A DNA stretch of 64,000 bases from the human T2T-CHM13v2.0 reference genome, Homo sapiens (GCF_009914755.1 NC_060930.1), one strand, 5' to 3'. Numbered from the stretch's first letter, positions 12,196 to 26,745 are shown. Notes: generated by a model not told the origin, from the letters alone. Numbers and translations: made by a program.

Positions 12196-14224
12196 CAAGT
12201 GCCCTGTACTAAAACAGGACTCTCCTGGGTGGTTCCATTGGCTTAGGAAAGAGCTCCTTCTCTAAATAGACCCAACCTTTCCAGACATATTGTCCAGAGA
12301 AAAGTATTTCAGAGAAAGTTTCCTTCGGCATCAATTCTCCCAAGCCGTAAGCTCATTTGGAGGGATGGAGGTAGGTGTGAGGCCAATGGCAGTGCCTGTC
12401 TTCAGCAACAAGTCCCCAAATCACAGAAGAACCCAGACCAGCAGGAGAAATTTGAGGAGAGCAGAAGATGAGACTGTGCGTAATTGAAGAAGAAAAACCT
12501 CAGAGCCTCCAGAAGGCCCAACTCCTCGCAGGGCCATGGCTTAGAAGGGAAAGGTGAGGATGTGAAAGGGCTGAGACTGCGGTATTTCTTGGTGCAGGCT
12601 TTGGTCTGGTGAAAACCATTATTTGACCACATCTTCTCACAGTTGTCCCCGAGGCTGGACAGATGGGGGACTCTGAGAGTCATCCCCAGGATCTACGGTT
12701 GTGTTAATGTGGAAGCTGCTGATATATCGTAGGTGGCACTGTACACATTTACTGCCACCTAAAGGGATCCCGTATCATTTTCCCTTTGCCTCTCAGCATT
12801 TTTACCCTCAGGATTTGCAATCCCAAAATCAAGGACTGTGGAATTCATTCCCTTGACAGAGCCTATGACAGAGCCCTGCTGGCACACATATTATATGTGT
12901 GATAACGATGGTGATGAGGAGGATGAGGAGGATGATGTCGAATAGAAATGCACCTTCTTGAAGGGTTCCTCTCCCACATGAACGCTTATCTTATTTGGTA
13001 AGTTCCTTATAATAACAAGTTCCTTATTAGTTTCTACCTGTTCAGGGAGAAGAGAGGTGGAAAATTGCTTGTTGCTCCTTGTCATTTTAACAAGACAGAG
13101 TTCCAGGCTTCTTGCCCTTAAACAACCAAAAAGTACATGAGCCTCTTCCTTCAAATGTCAGAATGCCATTTAGCCTGACAGCGTTCTCATTATTATGCAC
13201 TGAGAGCTTCTCTAACCCAACCTGTCAAAAATTTCTAACAGACAGGAGCCTCATCAACTTGGAGCCAATGTCTCAGTCTTGTGTCAGGGTTTAGAAGCTT
13301 TCAGTGAGGTAAGGGGAGAGAGGCCTGCTTGGATGTCCTTTGATACCAGGAGTCCCCTGGGGATTCCTTCCCATCATGTCCTGGAAGAGGAAGAAGCCAG
13401 GCTAACGTGGGTGGAAGGTTAGAGAGACACCTTCAAGTGACTGCTTTGGAGATGACCCCAGATCTGCAGTCATTTCAGAGACAGAACAAAGGCAGTCCAG
13501 AGAGAGAGCTTCTGGGGGCAGCTGCGACCTCACTGGGATCAACTGGGATTCTGGGGCCAGTTAAGTCCGTTTTCCACGTTGACTCTTCCAGAACCAGAAA
13601 TGTGCACACTGAACCCACTCCTGCTGAAGAAGACTGCTGTGACTGATGCAGATATGCTAACAGGCACAGGAAAAGGATCCAGGTGACTTTCTTGTTAAAG
13701 AAGTGCATGCATTTTCTATCCACCGAAACCCACACAAACAGGTGGCACAAGGGCCCCCTTGGCCAGAGACCAAGTCTCCCTGGGCCTCCAACTTCCATGG
13801 AGGCCCCCAAGCTGCCCTTGGTTCCGATGGTGCAAGGAAGCGTCTACCTGTAAGAGCTCTCTTTTGCCACTTCCCAGGAGTTTTAGACCCTTCTGGCCAC
13901 CCCTGTGCCTTCTAGAATCCCAGGCTAAGCGCCCACCTGTCCACCAGGTGCAGGTAACAGTGACAAACTCAGCATTTGCTGAAGGTCACTGTGAGGCCGT
14001 GTGCCTCCAAAGTCCCTCCCTGCTTCCCTCCTGGGTCACACAGGTGCTGTGGCTGTGAAGTCGCAGTTGCGGTAGCAGCGGTGGCAGGATCACTCTCCTT
14101 TGGGCAATTCTGGTGAACCTGCAAGCCCAGCCTCTAACTCTGAGACCAAGCAGCTGAGAGTCACCTAAAACCTACAGTCAGAGTCAGCTAAAATTTTACA
14201 AACGATGAAGGCACAGCATAGTGC

Positions 14225-14425
14225 TGTTTATTGGAAATGCGATAATAAAATAGATTTATTTTATTATCCACATTTTAAGCAGTTTAACTTGTTTATGGCT
14301 GGCAATAAATTTCGTGGTCTGGAAAATGACACTTAATGACTGAATGTCATAAATCCCTTGTTTTGAACATAAATATATTTCATATTTATTTTTTTTAAAT
14401 TGCCGCCTCTGCTAAATAAATGTTG
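14225..14425. promoter_or_regulatory. Candidate enhancer: cluster of posterior HOX/CDX, MEIS and FOX-like motifs
   Basis: TTTATTGG 14227, TTTATGG 14292, CAATAAA 14303, TGACA 14327, TAATGA 14334, TGTCATAAA 14345, ATAAATA 14369, in unique AT-rich DNA within a GC-richer context. Motif evidence only. Confidence 0.35.
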
Positions 14426-14819
14426 GATTACTGTTCAAGGAATATGGGCTCACAAGGGGCGCACATTATTCTCAGGGTACTCATATGTCTTGGAACTGTG
14501 CCAGGGCACAGACAGGCGGAGCCTTCCCTCATTTGGGAAGAGATGGTGTAAGCCTCGCCTTTCAACACAATGGCCCTTTCCCTGTCTGCTGCTTGTAGGG
14601 TGGGGGTGTGGAGGGAGACTGAGAAGGGAGAGAGGAAAGGGAGACAGAAGCCCCTTCCCTTTATAGGACCTCTCCGGGCTGGGTAGCCCCAGGGGAATCC
14701 AGTTCCACAAAAGGGTGCAGGGGAGAGGCACAGAACCAGTGCCGTGGTCACCATGCTCCTGAAACCCAGAACCCCGATTTGGTGTGGACAGCACCTGGGT
14801 CTGGGCCCTGCTTTCTGGG

Positions 14820-15370
14820 CATGGCTGGCGGTGATTTCTGCATGTCAATTCCTGACCTCGCTTTCGACATCTGTCTCTCCGAGACCTCCAACCCCAGCCT
14901 GGAGCCGCCGTGCCTATTTCTGGAATCTGAGAGACCTCAAATTCCAAAGGCACCGTGAGAGTCTCAGGACTCAGCCTTTCCACCCTTGCCGGGGTGACTC
15001 GTGGAGGGAATCGAGCCTAAGTCTTACGGCACGTTGTGCAGTTTGGGCCGGGGCGGAGGACCAGGGCCCAGCTGAGGCTGGCCTTAGTGACTCAGCCTTG
15101 ATCCTGCCACGGTGACAAGGGTGGGAGGGTTCCCGCAGGGGTCCAGCTCGTGTCTGTGAGAAGCACCTTCCCTTCAGGGTCGCACGTGGACCGTGGCTGC
15201 TACCACGCTACCGTTGCCTTCAGTGCTCTTTTGCAGGAGTGCAGACGGGCAGTTCAGCGCGGGCCCCAGTGCCGGGGGTGGGGGGCAGGGAGCTCCCGCA
15301 GGGCTTTGCTGAGAAGGGGCATAACCATGACCCACTGGTGATGTCTGTGAGGTGGAGGCAGTGGTTGCGG
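14820..15370. promoter_or_regulatory. CpG-enriched candidate enhancer with AP-1/ARE, GC-box and E-box
   Basis: GTGACTCAGC at 15087-15096, GGGGCGGAG at ~15049, CACGTG at 15183; visibly more CpG than the flanks. Confidence 0.4.
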
Positions 15371-15415
15371 TGAGATTCATAGCTCATTTACCACCCCCAG
15401 CCCAAGGACAGGATA

Positions 15416-15637
15416 TTTTTTTTTAGAGACAGGGTCTTGCTCTGTTGCCTAGGTTGGAATGCAGTGGTGTGATCACAGTTCACTGCAACCTTGAACACCT
15501 GGGCTCAGGCAATCCTCCCACCTCAGGCCCCTGAGTAGCCGGGACCACACGCACATACCACCATGCCTGGGTAATTTTTCATTTTTCTGTAGAGACAGGG
15601 TCTCTCTATGCTGCCCAGGCTGGTTTCAAACTCCTCC
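15416..15637 (-). mobile_element. Partial AluJ
   Basis: Antisense Alu (GAGACAGGGTCTTGCTCTG...CTGGGCTCAGGCAATCCTCCCACCTCAG), truncated in the left arm. Confidence 0.88.
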
Positions 15638-15890
15638 AGCCAGGACCCCTTCTTTTTTTTTTTTTTTTCTTCATCAGCCAGCTAATTCAAGGCTGGGGAA
15701 CATTCCATTTCAATTTTATTGAAAGCTCAGGAGTAGCAAAAGGGAAACAAACTCAATCACAGTCACAGGGCAGCCTGACTTACAGGTTAGAGAGCAAGGC
15801 TGGTACTCCAGGCTAAACAGGGCCTGTCTCAGCCTCAGTCCTAGCGTGCTTCCAGCGGGTGTTGTCAGGATAGCAACCTAGCTGGAGAGA

Positions 15891-16251
15891 CAGCCCTCCC
15901 CTCTAGTTTCACTGACCAGAATGGAGCCAAGGGCCCAAGGGGAATGGTATAGAAGGATTGGCTTCTTCCAGTCAGAAACCCCCTCCCACCCACCCATCAT
16001 AATGGGCTTATCCTAATAGGAACCCACCCCCACCACCACCATGATTGGCTTGTTCTATTCGGGCCTCACCCATGATTATAATTGGTTTTATCTTAAACTG
16101 GGCTTACCCAGCACCAAGCATGGCTTAACCTAAGCAGGATCTTCCCCACCCCAGACCTCTCTGGGTGGAGGAGCATGAATACCTGAACTAGGTGGAGATG
16201 TTAGGAAAAGGAAAGGCCATAGGGACTTGAAGAGGGAACAAAAGACTCTAG
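15891..16251 (+). repeat. ~360-bp local direct repeat, copy 1
   Basis: Aligns end to end with 18573-18934 (~22 substitutions and 2 small indels, manual count). Confidence 0.96.
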
Positions 16252-17133
16252 ACTTTGGCTCCCTTCCAGGCAAACTGTTCCCCCTTAATTCTGATTTCTG
16301 GAACCAGGAAAGGAGGCTACTCCTTGTGTAGATCATTCTCTTCGGATACACCCAGTGCCTTTGGAGGGGAGCCTATTTCTGGGTGGGGGAGTGGAGGGTC
16401 ATTATGAGGGGCGGGGGTGGCCATGGACACCGCGAAGCAGGGCCTGTTTTATTTGCCATCGACACACTGTTTGGGCTCCCAGTCCTCTCACTTGAATCTC
16501 CAGCTCAGCTCACAACCACACACATCCTTAGCAGGAGTGTCCCAGAGCACAAAATCTCTAGCCGCCTCTGGCAGAAATCGGCAGCATCTTTGAAGGAAGA
16601 AAGGTGTCACAAGCATGAAATCTGTGTATTCAAGCGGTGTTTGAGAATTAAAAGAGGTGAGGATCTTTTTCCCCTCTTAAAAATGCCTAACACTCCGCAT
16701 CATCTAATTTTTAAATAAAGCTGTTTTTCTACCACCACGGAACAGAGGTGAGGCTTCCCCTGGAAAGAGGTTTCCAAATCTAAACAGCTGGCGTTGTCTC
16801 AGGGAAGCAAAAACTCAAGTATGAAGAGCATCAGGAATCCTCAGGGTGGAGAGGAGCAGGGAAGTCTTGTGAGCCTTTCCCCTGCCTTAGCCATTCTGAA
16901 TTTCGGCTTCTCTCCTCTTCCCACCTTGCTGACAGACACCACGGGGTCTCTAAGTGGGTTTGATCATCTCTTGCCCAGGGGACCCGAAGAGAATGAAGCA
17001 CTCTCTGGTTTGGGCACGTTCCAGGTTGGCTGGTCTTGTTGGTTTTGCTATTTTCAATGATGTTTAAATGCATAAAGAAATCCAAACAATGGAACCATTC
17101 TGAAGGGAACTGCTACACAGGAGGGGACAGTCA

Positions 17134-17416
<283 letters not shown>

Positions 17417-17489
17417 GATAACAGTTACACAGACCTCCCCACTCCATCCAGTTCCTGCCCCAACTCTGAGAATGCGGCCGGCCAGCCTC

Positions 17490-17912
17490 CAGGTCACAAC
17501 CACAACCACTGCAAAAAGATGTTTACATTGGAATATGGTATACACAAACACCATGCACGCGCACACACACAGGCACATACACATATGCACACATACTTAC
17601 ACTCACCACACATGCGCACACACACAAACACATGCCACACACATGCATGTGTATACACATCAACACACACATGAATACACACATACATGCATGTACACTA
17701 TACACACATACATACGCACATGCATTCTCCATGCACACACACATACCACATGCGCTTAGACACACCACATAGTCAAAAGTGTAATGCGTGCTGAGACTTC
17801 CTATTCTATTTCACCCACCTTCCAGCCTTGATTTAAGAGCTGGTCACAACCCACTAAGTTGATTTCATGAGCTACTAAAAGGGTCACAACCCACAGCTTG
17901 AAAAATATGTCT
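17490..17912 (+). mobile_element. hAT-Charlie (Charlie4-like) remnant with expanded CA-rich internal repeat (17540-17770)
   Basis: 3' end GCTGGTCACAACCCACTAAGTTGATTTCATGAG..GGGTCACAACCCACAGCTTGAAAAA resembles the Charlie4 terminus; degenerate (CA/TA)n inside. Confidence 0.55.
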
Positions 17913-18572
17913 GTAAGCCATACCAGGATAATCAGATAAAATTGGGCCCAGGCCATTTCCTAACATCAACACCTGCAGGACTTCCTGGTCTCTGCACGTG
18001 GAAATGTCTCCCACCCTACACAGGGGGTGCTCAGCCTGTCCTCCTGGGAGGGCCTCACTGCTTCTTGATCCTCATGGATTTGCCCTCCATGGGTTCCCTA
18101 GGGCTCCCTGCTCCCCAGGCCTCACCAGCCTCAGCCTGCACTTGCTCTGACAGCTTCTCTCCTTCTCTAATTGCCGCCTCTCACTCATGACACCTCCACA
18201 CAGCTCAAAGTCCTGTGAAAAATGGCTGCACCTCAGTCAGTCCTCATTTAAAACCTGGATTCCTAAGATCTATATTTGGCCTGAGAATGCTACCTCTGCC
18301 ACAGTTAAGTTCTAGGACACCGAAGTCTCTTCTTCACACCATCACAGAATTTGTTCAAATAATATGAACAATTAAAAATAACAATCTGGTGGTCACTGCT
18401 TTGCTCTTGAGTAGCTGACAGGCTGTGACAGAGCCCTTCCCGGAGCTTTGACCCAGTGTTTTGAAGCTCGGATTCTCCTGTGAGAGCACAAAGTGTCTTG
18501 CCTGGCAAATTGCTTTGAAGTCTCCTGCTATATCCAGGAACTCATGCACATTTTGCTTTCTTCTCCACTGGC

Positions 18573-18934
18573 CAGCCCTCCCTTCTAGTCTCACTGACCA
18601 GAATGGAGCCAAGGGCCCAAGCGGAATGGTCTAGAAGGATTGGCTTCTTCCAATCAGAAGCCCCCTCCCACCTACCCACCATAATGGGCTTATCCTAACA
18701 GGAACCCACCCCACCACCACCATGATTGGCTTGTTCTATTCGGGCCTCACTCATCATTATAATTGTTTTTATTTTAAACTGGGCTTACCCAGCACCAAGC
18801 ACGGCTTAACCTGAGCAGGATCTTCCCCACCCCAGACCTCTCTGGGTAGAGGAGCATGAATACCTGAACTAGGTGGAGATCTGCTAGGAAAAGGAAAGGC
18901 CATGGGGGTTTGAAGAAGGAACAAAAGGCTCTAG
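18573..18934 (+). repeat. ~360-bp local direct repeat, copy 2
   Basis: See 15891-16251. Confidence 0.96.
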
Positions 18935-18972
18935 CTTCAAGAACCCAAATTGCCAGACGCTATGAGGCTTAA

Positions 18973-19280
<308 letters not shown>

Positions 19281-20123
19281 TGAGGCTTAACTTTTATATG
19301 ATATTCTCGCTCCATTATTTTAGCTATAAAAGGAGGGTGATGCTTCTTCCAGGATATACCTTACCAGTTGTGGTCTGAGATCACCTGAAGTATGGAACAT
19401 GTAAATATTTAACCCCAGGTATTGGTTACTATTCTTCTCCCAAGAACAAAATTAGACATTCTTGTCTATACTATACGGTGGTTCTTCAACTTCAGATTCA
19501 TCTGGGATAATGGTTTACAATGCACATTCGGCATCTCACTCTCAGAGAGTCTGGCAAAATAGTCCTTACTTCAACTGCTTAACTCTCGAAAGCTCTCCCC
19601 GTTATGGCCAAGCCACAGTGGAGTAGGCCTTCCAGTGGGAGTCACGAGGAGTGATTCCTTTTCAGTCAACTTCCACAAAAGATGCAGGGAAGAATGAAAA
19701 TGTTTTCATAGCAGAGCAAGTGTCAGAATAAAAACCTCTCTTTCAAGGCACTGTATGTACCCAATATTTGACGAAGAGATTGGAGTTGGCAGTTGGTGAT
19801 GTTGAAGAAACCGTGGTGATATTTTACAAGATTGCCATGGAGAGGCTGGGTTTAGCCGGCGGGATTCCTTTCCCAGCTCTGTCTCTGATTTAAAGATGGA
19901 CAGAAGATAAATACACTGAGCTGCCTTGAACACAGCTTTGATTTAAAACCCCATGATTTGGAGAATTTCCTCCACAGTTAGACCGACATCTTCGTGCCCT
20001 TTGAGAACTTTATACAGCCAAGGTGTCTAAAGTCGGAACTTGAGCTTCAAGGCTAAGCACCGTGTGTGAGTTTAAAAGGCAGAGGCGAGTGCTTAGCTCT
20101 GTCTGCTGCAGACGGTGACCCTA

Positions 20124-20886
<763 letters not shown>

Positions 20887-21513
20887 GGGGTCTGTATTTT
20901 TAGCAGGCATCTCAGGGACTCCATCGCCTGCTGTTGGGGAAGCAGTCCTGGTACAGCAGGAAAATTAAACAAGATTGAAATGTTCGGAAATATCTCATGT
21001 GCAGCGGAGTAATGCTTAGTGGTGTTAAACCTTGTGTGTGTCTCTCCTCGCCCTCCTCACCCCTGCCTTTTCCCTCCCACTCAGGCATCGGGAATGCTCT
21101 CCTAGGCTCCCTGCACTTGCCCTGCGGTTGTCGCAACAGGAAGGCGAGAGCAAAAATAGAGTCAACGCTCAGATTTGAATTTCAAGAGAGGCTTTAAAAA
21201 ACCTCTTAACAGAGGCGATGGTTTCAGAAGAAAAGACTTTTAGAGTTGCAACAGCCTGGGTGTCTTTCTTTTCAAAAGCCCAGACTCAGAAAAAGCGAGA
21301 GCATCACGATGCCATGAGTGACTTGGGAAAATCAGAGAGCTAGAGAGAGAAGCTGTGAAGCCCACGGCCTCCCCAGACTGGGGACAGAGGACTGTGGCTG
21401 GCTGGGTGGGGGCGGAGGCAAGGGAGAGCCTGAGGGGAGAATGCTAGAGTCCGTCCATGCGGCTGGGCTGTGGGCAGGGGGTTGCTCCCTGTTCCCTCAT
21501 GAGAGCTGAAAGT

Positions 21514-21627
21514 GTTAAAAGAAGGGTGAGAGTTCTATTTCTCCTACCGTTTAAATTCTGGGATCCAGGTTAAGGAAGGTGAGAGTTCTGTTTCTCCCGC
21601 TGTTTCAGTTCTGGGATCCAGGTCAAG
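21514..21627. repeat. ~54-bp diverged tandem duplication
   Basis: GGTGAGAGTTCT(A/G)TTTCTCC...TTCTGGGATCCAGGT(T/C)AAG occurs twice in tandem. Confidence 0.9.
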
Positions 21628-21751
21628 CTTTGCTGAAGACAGCTGTTCCGCTTAGTTACTAATGACTTGCAGCTGAGTCCCTGAGAGCTGTTTCTCCTTT
21701 ACTTTCAAGGTGCCTCAGGGGACCCTGCCCCATGACTTCCACAAAGGACCC

Positions 21752-22027
21752 TGTATTCGCCCGCTAGGGCTGCCCTACAAAATACCACAGACTGGGTGGC
21801 TTAAGCAACAGCCATGTATTATGCCTCCAGTTCTGGAGGCCGGAAATCCAACATCAAGATGTCAGGATTGGTTTCCTCTGTGGCCTCTCTCCTTGGCTTG
21901 TAGACGGGCGTCTTCCTCAGGGGCACTCACTTGGTCTCCCTCTGTATGTGTCTCTGAATTCTATTAGGACTTTGACCTATGAATTTGGGGGTGGGGGTGG
22001 GGAGGGGACATAATTCAGCCCCTAGCA
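21752..22027 (-). mobile_element. MLT1A/B-type MaLR LTR, internally deleted
   Basis: TGTATT..CTAGGGCTGCC..CAAAATACCACAGACTGGGTGGCTTAAGCAACAG...GGACATAATTCAGCCCCTAGCA. Confidence 0.82.
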
Positions 22028-22134
22028 GGAGCCATAACTGAGTTGAGGCTGTTTAGGATGTCAGTTACACTGCCTGAAGCCTAAACTCACTCTGGGTTTC
22101 TAACCTGCCACATTAAACATCCTCTGGAAGCTGG

Positions 22135-22240
22135 CTGGAATTGCAGAATCTCAGGCCCCATCCACACCCACTGAATCAGAACTGGCATTTTAACTAGGTC
22201 CCCAGGTTACTCACACCCAATTAAAATTCAAGGAGCATCA
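22135..22240. mobile_element. MER5A fragment
   Basis: TGCAGAATCTCAGGCCCCATCCACACCCACTGAATCAGAACTGGCATTTTAAC. Confidence 0.75.
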
Positions 22241-22527
22241 TGAATTTTAAACAACTCTCCCACTCAGGAGCCCAAGGGAATTCCACAGCTTCACACCAGC
22301 AAGGCAGCGTTTAAATCGCCACTCATGGCAAACCTGCCAGGGCTGAGCTGCAGAGGCAGAGAAGCCTCTGACTTGTCCGAGTGTGTGGAGATGCATCGGC
22401 CCTGCAGACTGCTATAGGGCCCCCCGGTCTTGGAAACAGAGGCAGCCGGGGGGCGCCACAGCTGGGAAGCTGCAAGAATGGGAGAGGTTATCTTGACAAA
22501 GTCAAAAGAAGCTTAGTGATGATACAA

Positions 22528-22655
22528 TAGGGCCCCCAGATTCAGCATGTGAGAATATAAAGTGATATTAAGGACACACTTATCCTAAAACCTTATTTGC
22601 TGTTTATCTGGAATTCAGATGCAACTGGGCATCCTGCATTTTGTCTGGCAGCCCT
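22528..22655. mobile_element. MER53 (hAT MITE) partial
   Basis: GGACACACTTATCCTAAAA..TGTTTATCTGGAATTCAGATGCAACTGGGCATCCTGCATTTTGTCTGGCAGCCCT matches one MER53 arm. Confidence 0.72.
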
Positions 22656-23898
22656 GCCGCCGAGTCCCGACCTCCTGCATGCTGTGTGGACTCTCTTTTC
22701 TCTACCTCACCACTCACGCATGCTGCTCTGCCCTCCTCCATAAAAATGGATGAAACAGGAGCATGCTGGGCATGAGGAATACAGAGTAGTGGCCCCGGGA
22801 ACACTAGGATGCCTGTTCTTTCAGTCCATACTGCTGGCCTGGGACAAACTCCAGCAGCAGCAGGCAGGTGTGAAGGAACTGGCCACCTGGTCGCCTGCAT
22901 TCTCTCCAGCCCGGGGCCCTTTCCCACGCCCAGCCTGCCAGCTCTCTCCAGCCTCCACAGGCGGCCTTCCTCACCACCCTCAGTGCACCTGGATCAAAGA
23001 AAGGCAGAGATGCCCACATGGGACTGCATACAGTTCTCCAAAATTCTCCCTTCTCTTGCATTCAGCAGAGACATCCCACAGTTATTAAATGCCTTAAATA
23101 TGGATATCACCAGTGCCACCCAGGAAAAGGATGGTTTCTCACGGAAGACTCGCCATCTCCCAGTGAGCACAGCGTGGGTGTTGGCATGGTAAGTGAATGA
23201 GGGAACTTCTGGGGCTTGAGGAAAGCCCTGGAAGCAGAGGGGTCTCTAGGCCAGTGCAGTTGTTCACAAAGGGAGCAGTATCGGGAGAGGGGGACAAAAG
23301 GCACCCGGGGGGCCCCCTGCAGCCCGGCGCCTGCTGCTGGTTGTCAGGTAATTGTGGTGTTTCCAGCTACTCAGCGTGTGGCAAGACACCCCTTCCTTTG
23401 CTGCCTGCGGCATCCTGGGAGCCAGGCTACTGGAGAGACCCAGCCAAGTGCCTCGAGAGCTGAGAAATAAGGAGCTACGGAATGTTTACATGAGAGGCCA
23501 TGCGGGCTATCAAACCAGTCATTTTAAATACCTACAGATTCAACCGTATCCTGGGTGCTGCGGAGTTTGTAGAAAGATGATTTTTAAAAACGGTCCCTCT
23601 CCTTACGGAAGAAAGACAGCACACTCACATCACTAAATCCAAACCAGGACACTGGCTATAGCACAGCAATCCTTTCCCAGGGGCCACATGCAGATGTGGG
23701 CATCTCCCTGGCAGGCGGGATGCGTCCCAGCTGAGTCTTCTGTCCTGACTCAGACCAAAGAGCCTTCTCCCTTGACAGGACATCCACTTATTCTGGCAGT
23801 TGGAAAATAAATTTTTTTTTCCATTGAATATGGGCATGTCCAGTGTGTGATAATGCTGGACCACCTTGTTCATACAATGCCTAGAGCCCTTAGTGTGG

Positions 23899-24431
<533 letters not shown>

Positions 24432-24754
24432 TAAAACATAATGATTCCCTTTATACATTCTGCAGATTAAAAGAGTTAAACAAGAATAGCCCCATCTTTC
24501 CACTGCACTCCCATACTCCCTTGTATATGCATGTGTTGCAGACGTTCCCCTGGGCAGGGCGTGTAGAAGACTCAAGGGCCAATGAGGTTTTTGAGGAGCA
24601 CGGATGCACCCTTCAGGGCTGTGTGAATGAAGGGGAGGAGTCGGTGAAGAAAACACCGGGAGAAGGTGGTGTCACCGTTGCCAAGCCAAGAGAGGGTTTT
24701 GTTGTTGGTGGTTATTTGCTTTTACAAGGAGGGGACACTGCCACAAGATGGTCA

Positions 24755-24955
24755 TAGACTCAGGAGTCAGGCTGCCTGGTTTCTAATCCGCACTCTGTCA
24801 TCTTGCACAAGTCACTTAGTCCCCATTAGCCTGTTTCCTCACGAGGGAAGGAGGAGAGTAAAAGGACCCATAATGCCAAAAAGATGTGGAGGAGACGCAA
24901 AGTGCTGCGAGGTGGGAGCTGTTGCACCTGGCCCCGGGAAGCACCCCTGAGGCTC
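24755..24955 (+). mobile_element. MIR (GC-shifted)
   Basis: GGAGTCAGGCTGCCTGGTTTCTAATCC...ACAAGTCACTTAG...CCTGTTTCCTCAC resembles the MIR body. Confidence 0.6.
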
Positions 24956-26554
24956 CCCTTGCAGGCGGTGTTCTCAACAACCTCCAAAAGGCGGGAGGTG
25001 ACAGGGACAAAACTCCCCATACTGTAACCTCGCTGTTCATGCACAAGCCAGGTCTCCGTAATTAGAACAGGAGTTTCAGGAGGACACAGACAAGGGGGCA
25101 GAGACAATGCCTTATTCATACATAATTGGCACTTAATAAATGTTTATGGAACACGTAGCTGAATAGATGAATGGATGAATAATTAATAACAAGGACGACT
25201 GCAGCTGAGTGTCGAGTTTTGTTCCCAAATTGGACGCACATGGAAATGAAAGGAGATCTTCATTTGTGTGGTGATTATCTAAGTATTTGTCCTCTCCCGC
25301 TGAGGGTTCCAGGAAGCAGGTTGCAGAGGGCAACAGGAACAATGCCACACCTGTATTCCACGGAGGAGGGATGTTCAGGTGTTAGAAAAAGAACCACAGG
25401 CAGAGGTCACGCATTCAAAACCAGGAAAAGGGCCAGCGAGGCTTTGCTTTGGCAATGCCAATTATACTTTTTTAGTCCAGAAATATTTAGAGAAGGATTC
25501 CCGCATTGTGCTTTTAAAGTCATTTGTTATTAGCGTCACAGAAGTAAAAATATCTACTGGGACATCTGCCCAAACTCCAAAAGACAGGGCTGAGGAGACA
25601 ATGTGAGTGGGTGTGACTGTGGTTACGTTGAGTAGCTGTATGCTGTACCCGCTGCCACTCAAGCCCCACCAGCAGAGGTGCCCCCAGCTTAATAGCACAG
25701 AGAAACCGTTCTTTTCAAAGGGGCCGGGGTTGCTGAGCAGTTTCCTGCCTTTTATTTAAAGCTTGATTTCCTTTGTAAAAAGCGGTGCATAGGCCAAGAG
25801 TGCCTACGATGTATTTTTATTTTTAAATCTTGAACATTTCAAGTTGCATACAAAAGAGGGAGGTTAGAAGGAAGGTGAGGATAGGCAAGGGAGAAACACA
25901 GAGTCATGGATGGGCTTGCCAGCGCTGGAAAAGATGATTTAATGAAAGGACCATTAAATGGCAGCCTGGGCTGGTGTCTCTGAGAGTGGAGCCAGGCTGT
26001 CTTCCTCATCCAAGCGAGTGCAGTGAGATTCCTGGTATTCCACTTGTAGTTCCCACACACGTCTCATTTCCAAGCACCAGCAGCAGACAGTAGAGAGGAG
26101 CTGCCGTTAACATCCCTGTCTCGGAGAGGTGGGTAGGGGGACGCTATCTCTTTCTCAGAGATGCTGGAGAATGACTTGCCTAATTGCCTGCAATATCACT
26201 TTCCTGAAACCTATTTCTGATTGCCAAGGGCCTTAGCAAACGGGGGTTCCCACCAGCACTCCCTCACACGTCTTGCGATGTATTAGTACTCGATTTACCC
26301 CTTCAGTAAGGTCAATGCAGGTTCTTAAAACAGAGATGATTAAACACAACTGAATCTACTAATTTTTATTTTGCCGTGACAGTGCAGTCCCTTTTAATTT
26401 TTACCCGGGCACCTGTGAGTTATTTAGGAAATTTTTGAAATGCCACCTTGTATGAGAGAAGCTACTTAGGTGTTTCAGCATCTCTTCAGAAGCCACCGTG
26501 GAACTTTCCAAGAATAAATTAACACATGCATATATTTTCTCTTCCATAAAGATA

Positions 26555-26745
26555 AAATGCAAATGAAGAAAATCCAATTCAAATTAGTTTAGGCAAAAGA
26601 GCAAGTTAATGACTCTTGCTATCAAGGACAGACATAGAGTTAGCTTCAGGGATGACTGGATCCAGGATTCAGATGTCCCAGGCTCCCCTCTCTCCCTCTC
26701 CTTTGTGCTTCTCTCTATATTGTAACCCATCCCAGTTCCACTCTA
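26555..26745 (-). mobile_element. Old MLT1 (J/K-like) LTR fragment
   Basis: GCAAATGAAGAAAATCCAATTCAAATTAGTTTAGGCAAAAG...GCTTCAGGGATGACTGGATCCAGG. Confidence 0.5.

Noticed and set aside
12900-12945. GAT/GAG acidic-codon run suggesting a processed pseudogene
   Set aside because: Short, ends in a stop and follows a MIR-like 3' end; a simple-repeat tail.
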